From Salpingoeca rosetta (Eukaryota > Protista > Choanoflagellata): 64,000 nucleotides of DNA. The notes under the pieces are model-generated. The model ran no database searches. It was not told the origin of the DNA and saw only the letters and a program-made list of their open reading frames with translations. Positions 1 to 26,123 of the stretch are shown here, piece by piece. Both the position numbers and the translations under genes were made by a program. The first letter of the stretch is position 1. Every line of letters begins with the position of its first letter. The stretch lies in the NCBI GenBank assembly GCA_033442325.1, contig JAWQFM010000009.1, positions 1,879,790-1,943,789 of the forward strand, read 5' to 3'.

Positions 1-857
1 AAGTGTGAGATGATGACCCGCGCACTGTGAACAGGAACCGTGAATGCACGTGGTGCTGCGGTGACGGCACAGAAGGATTGCCATTCAGTGCAAGCCGTGT
101 CAAATGGGCACTGACAATGATGATGACGATAGTGATGAGCAGCATAAACACGGGTGGGGGCCAGAACTTGTACTGGTCGAGGTAGTCCTCTTGTTTGGCT
201 TGCTCGGACTTCTTGACGTACGCAAGCGCCACTTTCTTCACCAGCGACCTGAACCCGGTGGTGCTCTGGCCCTGCGGGTTGGTGCGGTACACAATGGAGT
301 TGACAAACTCCTGGAACGTCACTCCTTTGTCCTTGTCCTCATCCGACAGCGACAGCATCTCCATGGCCACGGCTGCGTGTGTGTGAGTGTGTGAGTGTGT
401 GAGTGTGTGTGTGTGAGTGAGTGAGTGAGTGTGTGTGTGTGTGTGTGTCTGCGGCAAACGAGCGCGCTTTGCGAGCTTGTGTGATGGCGAGCTGTATTGT
501 GGCAAAACAGCGCGCTTACCCTCTGGGTCCTGTGACCTGCGGTAGGAGACGCTGGCGATGGCTTGCTTGAGCTCCTCAAGTGTGATCACGCCATTGCCAT
601 TCGCGTCAAACTGATGCAGTGCACGCAAGAGAGCGAGTTGGTGTGGTGTGAGAGAGTGAATACATGTTCGTGTGTGTGTGTGAGAGTGAGAGAGAGAGAG
701 AGAGAAAGTTCATGTGCATGTTAGCTTGTGTGTGTGCGCGCGCAGAGCGGTGCAGCGTCGAAATACCTTGCGGAATGTTGTCTTCAGATCTTCCATCTGC
801 CTCTCTGTCAGCTGTGTACGGGTGCGTGAGAGAGGGAGGAGGGGACAGGGAGAAGTG

Positions 858-910
<53 letters not shown>

Positions 911-1109
911 TACAAGTGGCAGGGATGGCAGTGAAACAAGCGGCAGGTTGGATGTGTGTGGTCAGCACGTGTACACACACATGCACAAACACACATACAT
1001 ACACACACCACACAACACACACACACACACACACAAACATACATGCACACACACACAGCACAGCACATACATGGCTGCCTGGAGGCACTTCTGCGTGGAG
1101 TTCCGCCAT
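1..1109 (-). CDS. EF-hand-containing rhomboid protease (RHBDL1/RHBDL3/Rhomboid-4-like), 5' part; continues beyond the window start
   Basis: Joined exons give MAELHAEVPPGSH|LTERQMEDLKTTFRK|FDANGNGVITLEELKQAI...|...SDEDKDKGVTFQEFVNSI...EDYLDQYKFWPPPVFMLLITIVIII. This is two EF-hand loops followed by the Y-x3-PPP-x-F start of TM1 typical of RHBDL proteins. The catalytic GxSG motif is not in the window. Confidence 0.75.
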
Positions 1110-1403
1110 GGTGAGCAAACAATCGAAGCACGCGAGCGACGCAAGGCAGCAAGGTTCAGGGTTGAAGTCGTGCTGATGTGGGAGGAGTGGTAAAACAGGG
1201 AGGGCGTGTCCGTGCTATCCACCATGGCAGCGAAATCCACACAATTTACAGCAAAGAAACTTACATACAGTGCGCATTGTGAACGCCTACTCATCGCCAC
1301 CACCAAACTGCACACACAAACCACCTTCTTGCTTGCTTCGTCTTTGTCATCGCTCCCTGCCTCTCGCCCATCACAACAACAACAGCTGCTACGCATCATC
1401 AAT

Positions 1404-2676
<1,273 letters not shown>

Positions 2677-3129
2677 GCCGGGTGATGCAACACACGCTCT
2701 CCGTGCAATGCCGTGTTGTGCAGCAGTCTTGTGCTGTGACAAAGTGTGGCGTGGTGTTGTGGCTCGGCTGGTACTGCACACCAAACATAACACAACACCA
2801 GCATGCACGGCACCTTGCTCTGGAGCACAAGCTTCCATATTCTTTTGTTGTTTGGTTAGATTACCACCACCCCCTCTCCTTCCTCCTCCTCGTCATGCAC
2901 CGTGATAACGCGTGTTCATGGCCACTTGCATATCTGGCCCTTCACTCCCCTGTTTCTGCTTGTGGTTCCGCTCGTATTGCTGTTGTGTTGTTGTGTGTGT
3001 GTGTGTGTGTGTTTTTCATCGGTTGCTATCATGGTTTCTCCTCTCCTGTACATGCACACTCCTCTTCGTCGTCGTCCTTGTTGCTCTGATTCACTCTCTA
3101 AACCGATGCAATGACAGACCCACACATCA

Positions 3130-3195
<66 letters not shown>

Positions 3196-3590
3196 AAGGA
3201 TTGCAGCCGGGGGAGGGGGTTAGGGTTGTGTGTGACACGACTGCGATTGAAGTCAAAGGCGAAGGCGCTATTTGATTGGGAGTGACGGAGAAGCAGTGAC
3301 GAGCGAGGAAGCAGGGAGGGAAGCAGGAAGGAAAGAAAGAAAGGAGGGAAGCCTGGGCATCGGAGGAGGAGAGAAGGAGATAACGGAGATGCATTGCAAC
3401 ACGGCACCAACAGCGAAATTAGGAGAGAAAAGGGAAACAGACAACACCCCCCCCCCCCAGGCGAAGGATGGGAAGAACGACAACTCTCGTATAGGGAGGA
3501 GGAGCGGAACAGCGGGCACAAAAAGATCATCTGCTGCTCTGAAGAAACACGTGCACGCTCGCATGCACTTGAAAACCAGAAACGTGTGCT

Positions 3591-3626
<36 letters not shown>

Positions 3627-3633
3627 CGCTGGT

Positions 3634-7471
<3,838 letters not shown>

Positions 7472-7706
7472 GGTGGCAGACCAGACAAAACAAAGGGCGG
7501 GAAGGAAGGAGCACGAGAGCAGAGTAGAGCAGAGCAGAGCAGAGCAGGTGGTGGATGCGAGCAGCAGCAGCAGCGACTGGGAAAGTGCTCAGCGCAGAAA
7601 AAGCGGAGGGTGATATGGACTGATTTCATGGTGTCGTGGACAGTTTTATCCTGTTGCTGGTTCCGCCGCGCCATCACACTGCTTGCACCACACACGCACT
7701 CGTACC

Positions 7707-8386
7707 ATGCACCCGCAGCTGAGCGAAGAGCTGCGCCCCGAGTGCGCGCACCTCATCAAGGCACTGCGCCAGTGTCACGAGGAGGTGAGGCTCGAGCCCA
7801 CGCGCAAGGGAGGCGGGATGTCTATCCTCTCTGTTTAGTGTGCTTGTGGACCTGTTGCTTGCAACCGGAATTGCCATCTGCTTTCATCTTGCGTTGCGTG
7901 TGCATTGTGTGGATTTTGTTTGACATTTTGACGTGTGTGCGCTGGTGCACTTTGCTTGCTTGGCTTTGCCTCTTGTTAGAACCCAAAAGCCAAGCTGATG
8001 GGCGCCTGCAACGAAATCAACAGTGCCTTGGACAAGTGCCTGAAGGAAGCAGTACGTTTTGGATTGTGTGTGTGTGTATGTGTGTGCGTATGTGTATGTG
8101 TGTGTGTATGTGTGTGTGTGTGTGTGTGCTGACGTGCTTTGAGCTGGTGGCGCGGAGGTGCTTGCCCTCCCCTCCTCAACCTGCCCCATCGTACGTGACA
8201 CGTACGCATACAGCACGAGTGTTGCTGTCATTCACACTTTTGTTTGCCGCCCCCCCCCCCCAAAAAAAAAAAAAAAACACACACACACACGCAACCTGAC
8301 AGCGGGAAGCGCAGCGACAAAAGAACTTGGCCAAGGCGCGCAAGCGCAAGGAGGCATTGCGGAAGCAGCGCGAGCACCAGCAATGA
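7707..8386 (+). CDS. CMC2: COX assembly mitochondrial protein 2 (twin CX9C), 3 exons
   Basis: MHPQLSEELRPECAHLIKALRQCHEE|NPKAKLMGACNEINSALDKCLKEA|REAQRQKNLAKARKRKEALRKQREHQQ*. The MHPxL start and two CX9C motifs are diagnostic. Confidence 0.88.
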
Positions 8387-9709
8387 CTGGCTTGCTGTGA
8401 CATGCGTCTGACATGACTGTGTGCGCTTGCACGCATGGCGCTTGTTCACATCAGTCCTTTCAGTGCCTTTGCCAGTAGTTGCACTGCTTGCCTATCTCTC
8501 GCTCTTAACTCCTTCCAGTTTTGTTTCTTCTTGGTGCTCCCGCCTCTTCTCCTTTGTTGTACATAAATCACCAGTAAACAACCAGCCCACTGTTCAACAC
8601 CACGTGCCGTGCACGTGTGTGTGTGTGTGTGTGTGTGTGCGTGTGTGAGTGTGAGTGTGTGTGTCTGTGTGTGTGTGTGTCTGTGTGTGTGTGTGTGTGT
8701 TTGCACCTTTCTCACGTTCCTTGGCAAAGCGAAGGTTTTGAGTTGGTGTGTGGCGAGGCAGCCAATCAGTAGGCGGTTTCAAGTGTTGGCAAGCAGGCAT
8801 GGGGGGGGCGTAGTTTAATGTTTCAGAAAAGAACAACACGGAAGCGACGATTCAGTAGGCTCAAACACGCACACGACAAACGACAAACGACCCTGCGACA
8901 TGCACGTGACGGCAGCAATGCATGGTGCATGTGATCATGAACACAACATGCAGCGGGGCAAAGGAAGGAGGGAGAAGAGGGAGGGTAGAGTGACTGTCAC
9001 ATCACACGCCATTGTTTCATGTGCACTGCCAAGTGTGCACGAGCACCAGTGGCAGCGTAGAAACCAAAGGAAAAAAAAAGGGCGCGCAAATGCGTGCATG
9101 CGTGTGTGTGGTGAAGGCGCAGCTGTGGGAAGCGCGTCACACCAGAAGCACGAGGAGCACGCATGCCCAGTCGCAGCAGTGCATGGGGAGCGAGAGGGCG
9201 CGAGGTTGCCGTGTGGGCGAGCACAAAAATAACACGGGGACAGGCAAGGCACTATGTACCAACAGCAGCAACAATAAACATCAAACAACATTTAACAGCA
9301 AAGCAGCAGCAGGAGGAAGCCAGCCGCACATATCTTCAGTTAGGTCATCAAGCAGGTCAGTCACAATGTCACATTGTGGGCACGAAATGGTGGTGGAAAA
9401 TAAAAGACACCATACAACAAAGTGCCAAGCAGCAGAGAGAACAGCAAAGCAGTTAGAACAGCGCGGCGCATGCGCAAAGACAACGCACCGAAACGCGCGC
9501 AAACACAGACACGCGCACATACACGAAGCAACGGAGAACGCCCAGCGCTCTGTGTGCCACAGGGAGAAAAACAAACGCGTGTGTGTCTGCAGGACAGGCA
9601 CACGGGGATGGCCATTGCACAGGAGATGATACAAAGGAGAAATAGAGAGAGACAGACAGAGAGACAGACAGAGAGAGAACGTGAGCGGGTGTCATCGCGG
9701 TGGGATAGG

Positions 9710-11233
<1,524 letters not shown>

Positions 11234-13339
11234 CGTCGTCGTCGTCGTGTGTGGAAGCAAGGAAGGAAAGAAGGTGGGGAGAAAAGGCAAGGAAGCAAGG
11301 GAAGCAAGGGAAGCAAAAGGCGAGGGAAGGGAAGCGAGGGTGATTGCTGTATCAGAGAGGGGGGGGGGGAGGGAAATGGTTCAGACGTGCTTGAGCGAGA
11401 AGCAGCGCAAAAGTATTGTGGGGAAGGAAGGGGTTGCTCCAACAAAAGCAAAGGCGCTCATCAATTCTCACTGCCTGGCACGAACACGCTCAAACGTGTC
11501 AGAGAAGAAGGGTGTGCTCGAAACAATAAATGTCACATCAATGAACAACAAACACAAACAACAGCACCAAACAAGCTTCAACACGCTCGGAGGGAGGAGG
11601 CGGGGTGGTGTTTGCGTTGGCGAAGGAGGAGGTGAAAATGCAAACAACACAAACACGACAAACACTGTCACCTGCTGAAGCAAAAGCAAAAGGCAAAGCC
11701 AACCAAAAGGCACGACCAAGCCAACTGTAAGGATATGGAAGAGAGAGGGAATGGAATGAGAAACAGGTGCGTTTCTGGCGCGCTCTTTTTGTCTGTGCGT
11801 CCCTCGCTGCTGTTGTTGTTGTTGTTGGTGTTGTTGTTTGTTGGTTGCAAGTGTTGACGCGAGTGCTGATGGAAGATGCGAGGTTGCTGAATGAATGGGC
11901 GGGGGGAGGGGGTGCTATGCATGCGCTTCGGTTATTGTGTCATCGCGCACACAACCAAAGCAACACCCGCCGTCGTCTTGCTGCTGTTTGCTTGCGTTGT
12001 TGTGCGCGTTTGTGACTTTCTGCACGTCTTGGCGAAACCCGCACGTTTCACCGCAACGAACCACCGATCTCGGGTGTCTCGCAATCGCTCACGCGCCACC
12101 GCGCTGTTCCCCAAGCACGCAGAATGGTCTGCTCTTGTCCAACCAACCAACCACACCAGCAGAAGAACCGCAAACGAAACATTTCTCCCACACAGCACCA
12201 CTGCACCGCTGCTGATAAGCGCCCTCTCGTTGCTTGCTTGAGCGAACAACAACAACGAAAATTTCAGTGCGCCACGACTACAAAACATGGGGTCGGGTCA
12301 GATTTCACGGTGCCGGTCGATACGTGCGCTTCGTGCGCATTGGAGCATCTGCGCTTGTGATGTGTGGGCACGAGACGTGGATGTTTTGGCGCCAAAATGG
12401 GCACAACAGCGCGAGCAAGACAAAGCACGCAAGCGCGAGTCGTATGTATGGACGCGTGAGCAAGCATTGCTGCTGTTGGTCGTGGTATCGTCTGCAGAAA
12501 ACGTGTGGCAAACGCACAAACCAAACAAACAACGAATGGAGGAGAAGAAGGTGGTGGAAGTCGTGTCCAACACACGCAGACACATGAAGGTGAGAAGGAG
12601 AAGGTTCGGTTTGGCTGTCGACCTCGCAAACAGTAAAAGAGCAAAACACGTCGACACTTCAGCTAGGTCGCTCAGGTTGAGAGGGTCAACAGCTAACATA
12701 GTAACATGGACATGTTTGCGGACGTTGCTGATGTGGTTTGTGGGTGCTCTTGTTTCAGCTTTGTTGGTTGCATTGGGTGTCATGTAGGCTTGCTGACTAA
12801 TGCGACTTGCAAAAGTTGTGTGCGTGGGAAACCCTCTCGTGCAGTGGAAGTGGTGTGCAGCGCACGTCGTCTTGCAAATGGCCGTCATAGCGTCATGCGA
12901 ATTGCGTGACAACGCGTCGTTGTTGTGCTGGGACCATGCCACAAACAAAGACACTGCACAAGACATGCAGCCACGAACAAAAGGCAAGTCGTGAGTGCGT
13001 GCACAACCTCCAAAACAAAACATCAAAACGTCGCCAGCACCAACAGAGACAAAGGCAATGCAACCGTTTTTCAAACGCACATGCACACAACACGCCACAA
13101 ACCTTTCAAATGGCTTGCCAACAAAGACAACGTGCATCGATATGTGGATGTTCATTTTGTTGTGGCTGTGTTTATTGTTGTTGGTCACGCTCTCACACGA
13201 CAAGGTTGGAGGGAGGAGGTTGAACACGGTGGCTTGCACCTCCGCTGTGCACAACAAATGTGTGTGTGTGTGCGTGTGTGTGTGTGCGTGCGTGTGTGTG
13301 TGTGTGTGTGTATGTGTGTGTGTGTTGGTAACGCTTGTC

Positions 13340-20048
<6,709 letters not shown>

Positions 20049-20214
20049 GCTGTTGCTGTGGTGCTGTGCGTTGGTGCTGTGCGTTGGTGCTTGGTTGTCG
20101 TGTTTGTTTGTTCGTGTTGTTCGTCGTTTGCGTCGTTTGTCACTGCTGCTGATATCCGTTGTGTTGGTTGACGTGAAAAGTCGAATTTTCCCTTCCGCCC
20201 AAAGGCAAATTTGC

Positions 20215-20269
<55 letters not shown>

Positions 20270-20348
20270 ACTGACGACAAGCAACGTCGCTCCTCACGCA
20301 CTCTCATCACTTTCACACACCACCACCCACCACCACCCACCAAGCGAC

Positions 20349-21272
20349 ATGTCCGACAAGCCCTCCGACTTTCTCAAGAAGATCCACCGCCAGAAGGTGG
20401 TTGTCAAACTCAACTCCGGCATCACATTCACAGGTGCGTGTGTCTGTGTTGTGTTGTGTTGTGTTGTGTTGTGTTGTGTTGTGTTGTGTTGTGTTGTGCT
20501 GTGCTGTGTTGTGTTGTGTTGTGTTGTGTTGTGTTGTGTTGTGTTGTGCTGTGTGTGTGTCTGTGTGTCTGTGTGCCTGTGTATCTGTCTAGCTGTGTCT
20601 GTCTAGCTGTCTGTTTGTCTAGCTGTGTGTCTGTGTGTCTGCCTGGCTGTATGTTTCTGTCTTTTGAAGCACGGAGTTCTTGTCGGCGAAATGCGCGCCC
20701 CTTTGTGTTCCCTTCCCTTTTCACCCCCTCACACCTCGTCCTTGTTGGAACCTTGCTCTTTGCTGATGGGGGTTTGTTGCTGTGCAGGCCGATTGGCAGC
20801 GTTGGATGCGTTCATGAACGTCGCGCTGGAAGATACAGAGGAATATGTGAACGGCAAGGTGAGCGATGGTGACAAGGGGTGTGTGGCTGCTCTGCCCAAG
20901 TGGAAGGCTGTCCTTTGCTTCTGAATGCGATTGCCTTGCATCGTTTTCACCAACTTATGTGCGCGCGTACCCCTTGCAGCAAACGGCAAAGTACGGAGAC
21001 GCCTTCGTTCGCGGCAACAACGGTGAGCTGCACGTGCATGCGCAAGCAAGGGAGAAGGTTTGTGCAGAAGGTAGAGAGGATGGAGGGTGTGCAAGCACAA
21101 GCCAGCGCTGCTGTTCCATCCACCGAGACTGGCATTGTTTGTCCCTCCCCCCCCACACACCCACGCACGCACGCTGAGTGAGACTGGCATCGTTTATTCA
21201 CATGAGCACACAACAAACCACGTCACACATTATCCAGTGCTGTACATCAGCCCGGCGGAAGAAGAGGAATGA
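20349..21272 (+). CDS. LSM6: U6 snRNA-associated Sm-like protein LSm6, 4 exons
   Basis: MSDKPSDFLKKIHRQKVVVKLNSGITFTG|RLAALDAFMNVALEDTEEYVNGK|QTAKYGDAFVRGNN|VLYISPAEEEE*. Confidence 0.94.
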
Positions 21273-21409
21273 AGGAGGACGTGGAGCACGCAAGGAAGCG
21301 AGGACAAGCAAGAGAAAGAGAAACGAAGGGCAACGAGACGAGAGGCGATGGAAGATGGGAGAGAGAAGGAGGAAGAGGAATGGGTCGAGTACAATGGATC
21401 GACAGCAAC

Positions 21410-21668
21410 TCATCTGCGCCGCTCCATGCTTGGTCGGCACTCGGGACAGAACCTGCAGTTGGTGATGTGGGGTGCGGTTGGTGGATGGTTGGTTGTATGG
21501 GGTGTACACATGTTGTTGACGTGAAGACGAGAGGGACAGCACCACGCGCGCACAGAACAAGTTTCACCCATCGTGAGTAAACGGAACCAAACCCCCCAAG
21601 CCCAAGACAAGCACCAAGTGTGTGTGTATGTGTGTGTGTGTCATTGTGTGTGTATGTGTGTGTGTGTC

Positions 21669-21737
<69 letters not shown>

Positions 21738-22607
21738 ATGCGTCGCTGAACATCCACGGCAAGTTAGGAAGGGAGCAAATGGGATGCGCATGGGGGCGAG
21801 GGCTGAAGTGTTTCGGGTGGAACGCAACGTGGCACAAACAACAAACAAGTGCATCAGACACAAAGGCGCGCACGCACCACTTCTTTGACGTTGGGGCCGC
21901 GGTGAGGCCGACGCACTGGTAGTGGAACCATTCCCCGGGGCAGTCATCGTTGTCGCAGGCCACCATATCGCCCGTGGTCTCCGTGCAGTTGGGCACGCAG
22001 TAGTGCTGCTCCTGCTCCTTCTCTTTCTTCCGCCTGGCACACGGCAGCGGATTTGGGAGGGGGGGGGGATGGAATGGATTGAGCAAGATGTGAGGTGGTG
22101 AATGCGAGGCAAGGTGAAGGAACGCGCAGACAAACAGACAGACAGACAGACAGATAGACACACAGACACACAGACACACACACACAGACACACACACGCA
22201 TGGACACCGCAGCACGTACGATTTCCTGGAGGCCTTCTTGCTGCTGCGTTTCTTTGCCTCTGCCTGTGCTGCCGGCGTGGGCGCGCTTGTCTCCACTGCT
22301 GGCGCCGGGACGGCTGCCGTCTTGTTCGCGCCGCCACCGGACGATGACGCCGCCCCGCCACTCGCAGACGCACGTGAGCTGCTTGCTGCTGCCGTTGCCG
22401 GTGCTGCGTTGCCGGTGCTGCTGCTTGCTGTGTCCTTGGTCTTGCCCTGCTTTGACCGTCGCGATTCCTGCCGCGCCCGCCGCTTTGCTGATGTTCCGCT
22501 GGCGCCACTGCTGCTTCCCTGAGTTGTCGACGCGCGAGGCCCGTTCTCCTCCCGCGCTGCGCGCGCGCGTGTGTGTGAGAGAGTGTGCGTGTGTGTGTGG
22601 GGTGGGT

Positions 22608-22661
<54 letters not shown>

Positions 22662-23515
22662 CGCGTGCACAAGCAAACACACAAGCAAACACACACACCA
22701 ACACACACACACACACACCAACACACACGCACGCACGTCATGCGACAGTGTGATTGTGCAAGAACGTGTGCCCCTGTATTCATGCAGCAAGAACCACACC
22801 ATCCATGCACGCATGCTCCCCTCCCCTTCTTCAACGAACGTTTTGCGTAGTTGCCTGAGAGATATTTTTGTTTCTCTTGTTGCAGCAGCTTGTTGTGTTG
22901 GTCAAGGAGTTCCTGGATGTCATCGATGATCACTTGCTTGCTTGCGTTGAGCTCCTTCAACCGTTGCACGCAACCCTGTTGTTGTGTTCAAGTGTACACA
23001 TGTCACACGTACACAAACACGCGCCAGGACAGCAACACGAACAACGACAGTATGAACAACAACACCTGTGGATCAAGCACTCGCCAGCTTGTAGACGCCA
23101 GGTGCCCTCCTCGCACGGCACAAGCACAACAGACTGGCAAAGGCCACACACACACACACACGCACACAGACACACATACATACACACCTGGAATTTGGCG
23201 ATGGTGGTTGGCTCACTGAGCTTCTGCTTCAAGGATTCGACCTCACGCAAGACACCTTTCGCAGCAACGATCAAACAAACAGAAGGGGTGCGTTGGTGAG
23301 AGAGCGCACGGCCAGGTTGCAGGTGCATCATCGCACCGCTCCACAAGGCAAGAGCCAAAGGTGAACCATCACCACCACTACTGCAACAACGCAGCCAACC
23401 CCCATCCACCTTGAATGTCCATGTCTTGTTGACGGATCAGCGAGAGATGCCGCTGCACATCCCCAGGAATCACCTCAAAGGTGGCCAGGTACTGGGTCAG
23501 ATACGTGGCGCTCAT
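21410..23515 (-). CDS. Inhibitor-of-growth (ING) family PHD-finger protein
   Basis: N-terminal [31 protein letters not shown] (ING N-domain), a basic linker, and [46 protein letters not shown]|FCPEC. Confidence 0.9.
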
Positions 23516-23521
23516 CTCACC

Positions 23522-23566
<45 letters not shown>

Positions 23567-23568
<2 letters not shown>

Positions 23569-23705
23569 CGAAGTGAGGGGGTGGAAGAGACACAGAGACA
23601 GGCAGAGACAGACGGGGAGTGTGTGCGTGAGTGCGTGCGTATGAGAGAGAGAGACGAAGTGAGGGGGTGGAAGAGACACAGAGACAGGCAGAGACGGGGA
23701 GTGTG
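23567..23705. repeat. ~55-bp direct repeat (2 copies) upstream of the ING start codon
   Basis: GACGAAGTGAGGGGGTGGAAGAGACACAGAGACAGGCAGAGAC...GGGGAGTGTG at 23567 and 23653. Confidence 0.85.
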
Positions 23706-24002
23706 AGCGTCGTCGTTGGGATAACTGTGCAGCCAGTTGCGTGGAAAATTGGCTGATGTTGTTATTTTCAAACTTTCAGCAACGCAGCGAACAGATATGA
23801 GCCAAGCGCAGCGAGACAGCCAAGGTGCGTTGGTGCGGGATGGTGGTATGATGGGAAGGGCGGACAAAGACAAGCGAGAAGGAGAAGGGGCAGTGAGGGA
23901 AGAGCACGCTCTTTTTCTCAACACCCAGCTCACGGAGACCCTTGTTCACAAACGCATCCATGCACGCACGACGTGCACAACGCAACAGGCGGGCCGGCCC
24001 CG

Positions 24003-24971
24003 ATGGACGTGGCCGAGGAGCGCATGATCATCCCCAACTGCACACTGGTGCGTGTGGGTGTGTGGGTGTGTGTGTGCATCTGTGCTCTGTGTGCATGTGC
24101 GTACGTACTTTGTATGCGTGCGTGTGTGCGTGTCTCTCTCTGTGTCTGCGCGTTTGTGTGTGTGTGCTTGTGTGCTTTGTGTGCTTGAATGGAAATGAGC
24201 GTGCCTCACAGCGACCGCCAAATGCCCTACTGGTATGCAGGCTGTTGAGGAGTTCCCAGAACAGTACATAGAGTCACAATGCTTGGCTCGTCTACTTCAC
24301 ATTGCGGAACACTGCCCACAAGCAAGACTCAAGGCGCTCAAGTAAAACGGAGACACTTGTGTGTCTGTGTCTCTGTGTCTGTGCGGCTGTGTGTTTGTGT
24401 TTGTGTCTGTGTGGACATGTCTTTCTTTCTTTCTCTCTCTCTCTCTCCCCATCTCACACGCTCACACCTCTCACTCACCCATTCGCTCACACACTCTGCC
24501 CACTCACGCACTCTTCTCCCCCCTCCTCCCCCCCCACACACACACACTCTCTCTCTTCGTGGCGCTGCTTCCAACGCCAAATTCATGGTTGCACCGCGCA
24601 TGACTTATGTCATGTCCCATCGACAGAGTGGCAGAGAAGGTTTCGCGCCAATGCATGGACGTTGGCATGCAGCGACAGATTGTCAAACTCCTTCGTGCTG
24701 CTTGGTGCGTGCTGTGTTTGCGTTCATGCACATGTGTGTGTGTGTGTGTGTGTCTGTCGACAAGTGTGCGTGCGTTCTTTGTCCGTTGACGAGCCAGTGC
24801 AGCACTCGCACACCCATGCACCATTTTGCACGTGAAATCGCCTTCTCACCCGTTCATCCTCCACCTCCCGGCTGCAGCGTGGACCACAACGAACCATATC
24901 CCAGCGGCATGCCCAGCGAGGCGCTCATCGACGCAAAGTCCCTTCGCGTCAAGGAAAAGGCACGCATGTGC

Positions 24972-25034
<63 letters not shown>

Positions 25035-25442
25035 GCATGCCGAGCCATCTCTCGGGGCCGCTCCCAGCTAGAGGGTAGGCGTATGGCATGGCGAGTAAAT
25101 AGTGACCATACCTGACACCAAACGATCATCTTTGCTTGAGGCAGTATAGCAGCCACACCTGAGCGTACCATAGTGCACCGGCATGAAGCCCTCTATGAAA
25201 CAATTGATTGCGTCCGCGAGTGCCCCAAGCATCAGAGGACACTATCGATGTGAATGGAGACGTGGCGATGCAACATGGTCAGTCTTTCTCCATAGCCACA
25301 TGATTAGCGCGTAGATCTAAACATCGAGGCGCTTATTGAGATCACCTGATGAAGTCATTGACATAAGATTGTGTTTAGCACTACCTGCGCTGGTCTAATT
25401 TCGCACAATCAAAACCTTGCACTGCACCAAATCGACTACGCC

Positions 25443-25503
<61 letters not shown>

Positions 25504-25641
25504 GTGACTACTTCTGCCACCGTGACCGCTGCCGCTTTTGTTGTGATTCGATGCCAGTCATGTACGCCCTGCTGAGATGCATGCCCGCATGTGTGAGTCC
25601 CGTCACCTCACATCCCCACTCCCCTTCCAAATGTGCGTGTG

Positions 25642-25728
<87 letters not shown>

Positions 25729-26061
25729 AGGGAGGCGCGACGGGCGCTGCTGTATGCGCGCAACTATTTGCCGCACTCAGACTCGCTGTCGTTTGTGCTG
25801 AGTCGCCTCCTGCTTGTTCTTCTCGCTGACGGCGATTTTGATGGCATCCTCGCATACGCCCCGCGCCACCGCGAGCTCCTCAGCACACAGTTCAACGTGT
25901 GTGTGTTTGTTTGTTTGTGTTTGTTTGTTTGTGTTTGTTTGTTTGTTTGTTTGTTTGTTTGTTTGTTTGTTTGTTTGTTTGTTTGTTTGTTTGTTTGTTT
26001 GTTTGTTTGTTTGTTTGTTTGTTTGTTTGTTTGTTTGTTTGTTTGCTTGTGTGTGTGTGTG

Positions 26062-26123
<62 letters not shown>

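Noticed and set aside
12287-12787. 166-aa ORF with a hydrophobic C-terminus (possible tail-anchored protein)
   Set aside because: No recognisable motif or splice support; it may be a small gene but cannot be supported.
25104-25190. Scattered 5S-like words (GACCATACC, CGATC, TAGCAG) in the island
   Set aside because: Spacing is off and the 5S helices do not pair; probably chance.
25346-25366. CTGATGA as a hammerhead core or snoRNA box C
   Set aside because: No GAAA after the putative stem II and no suitably placed box D.
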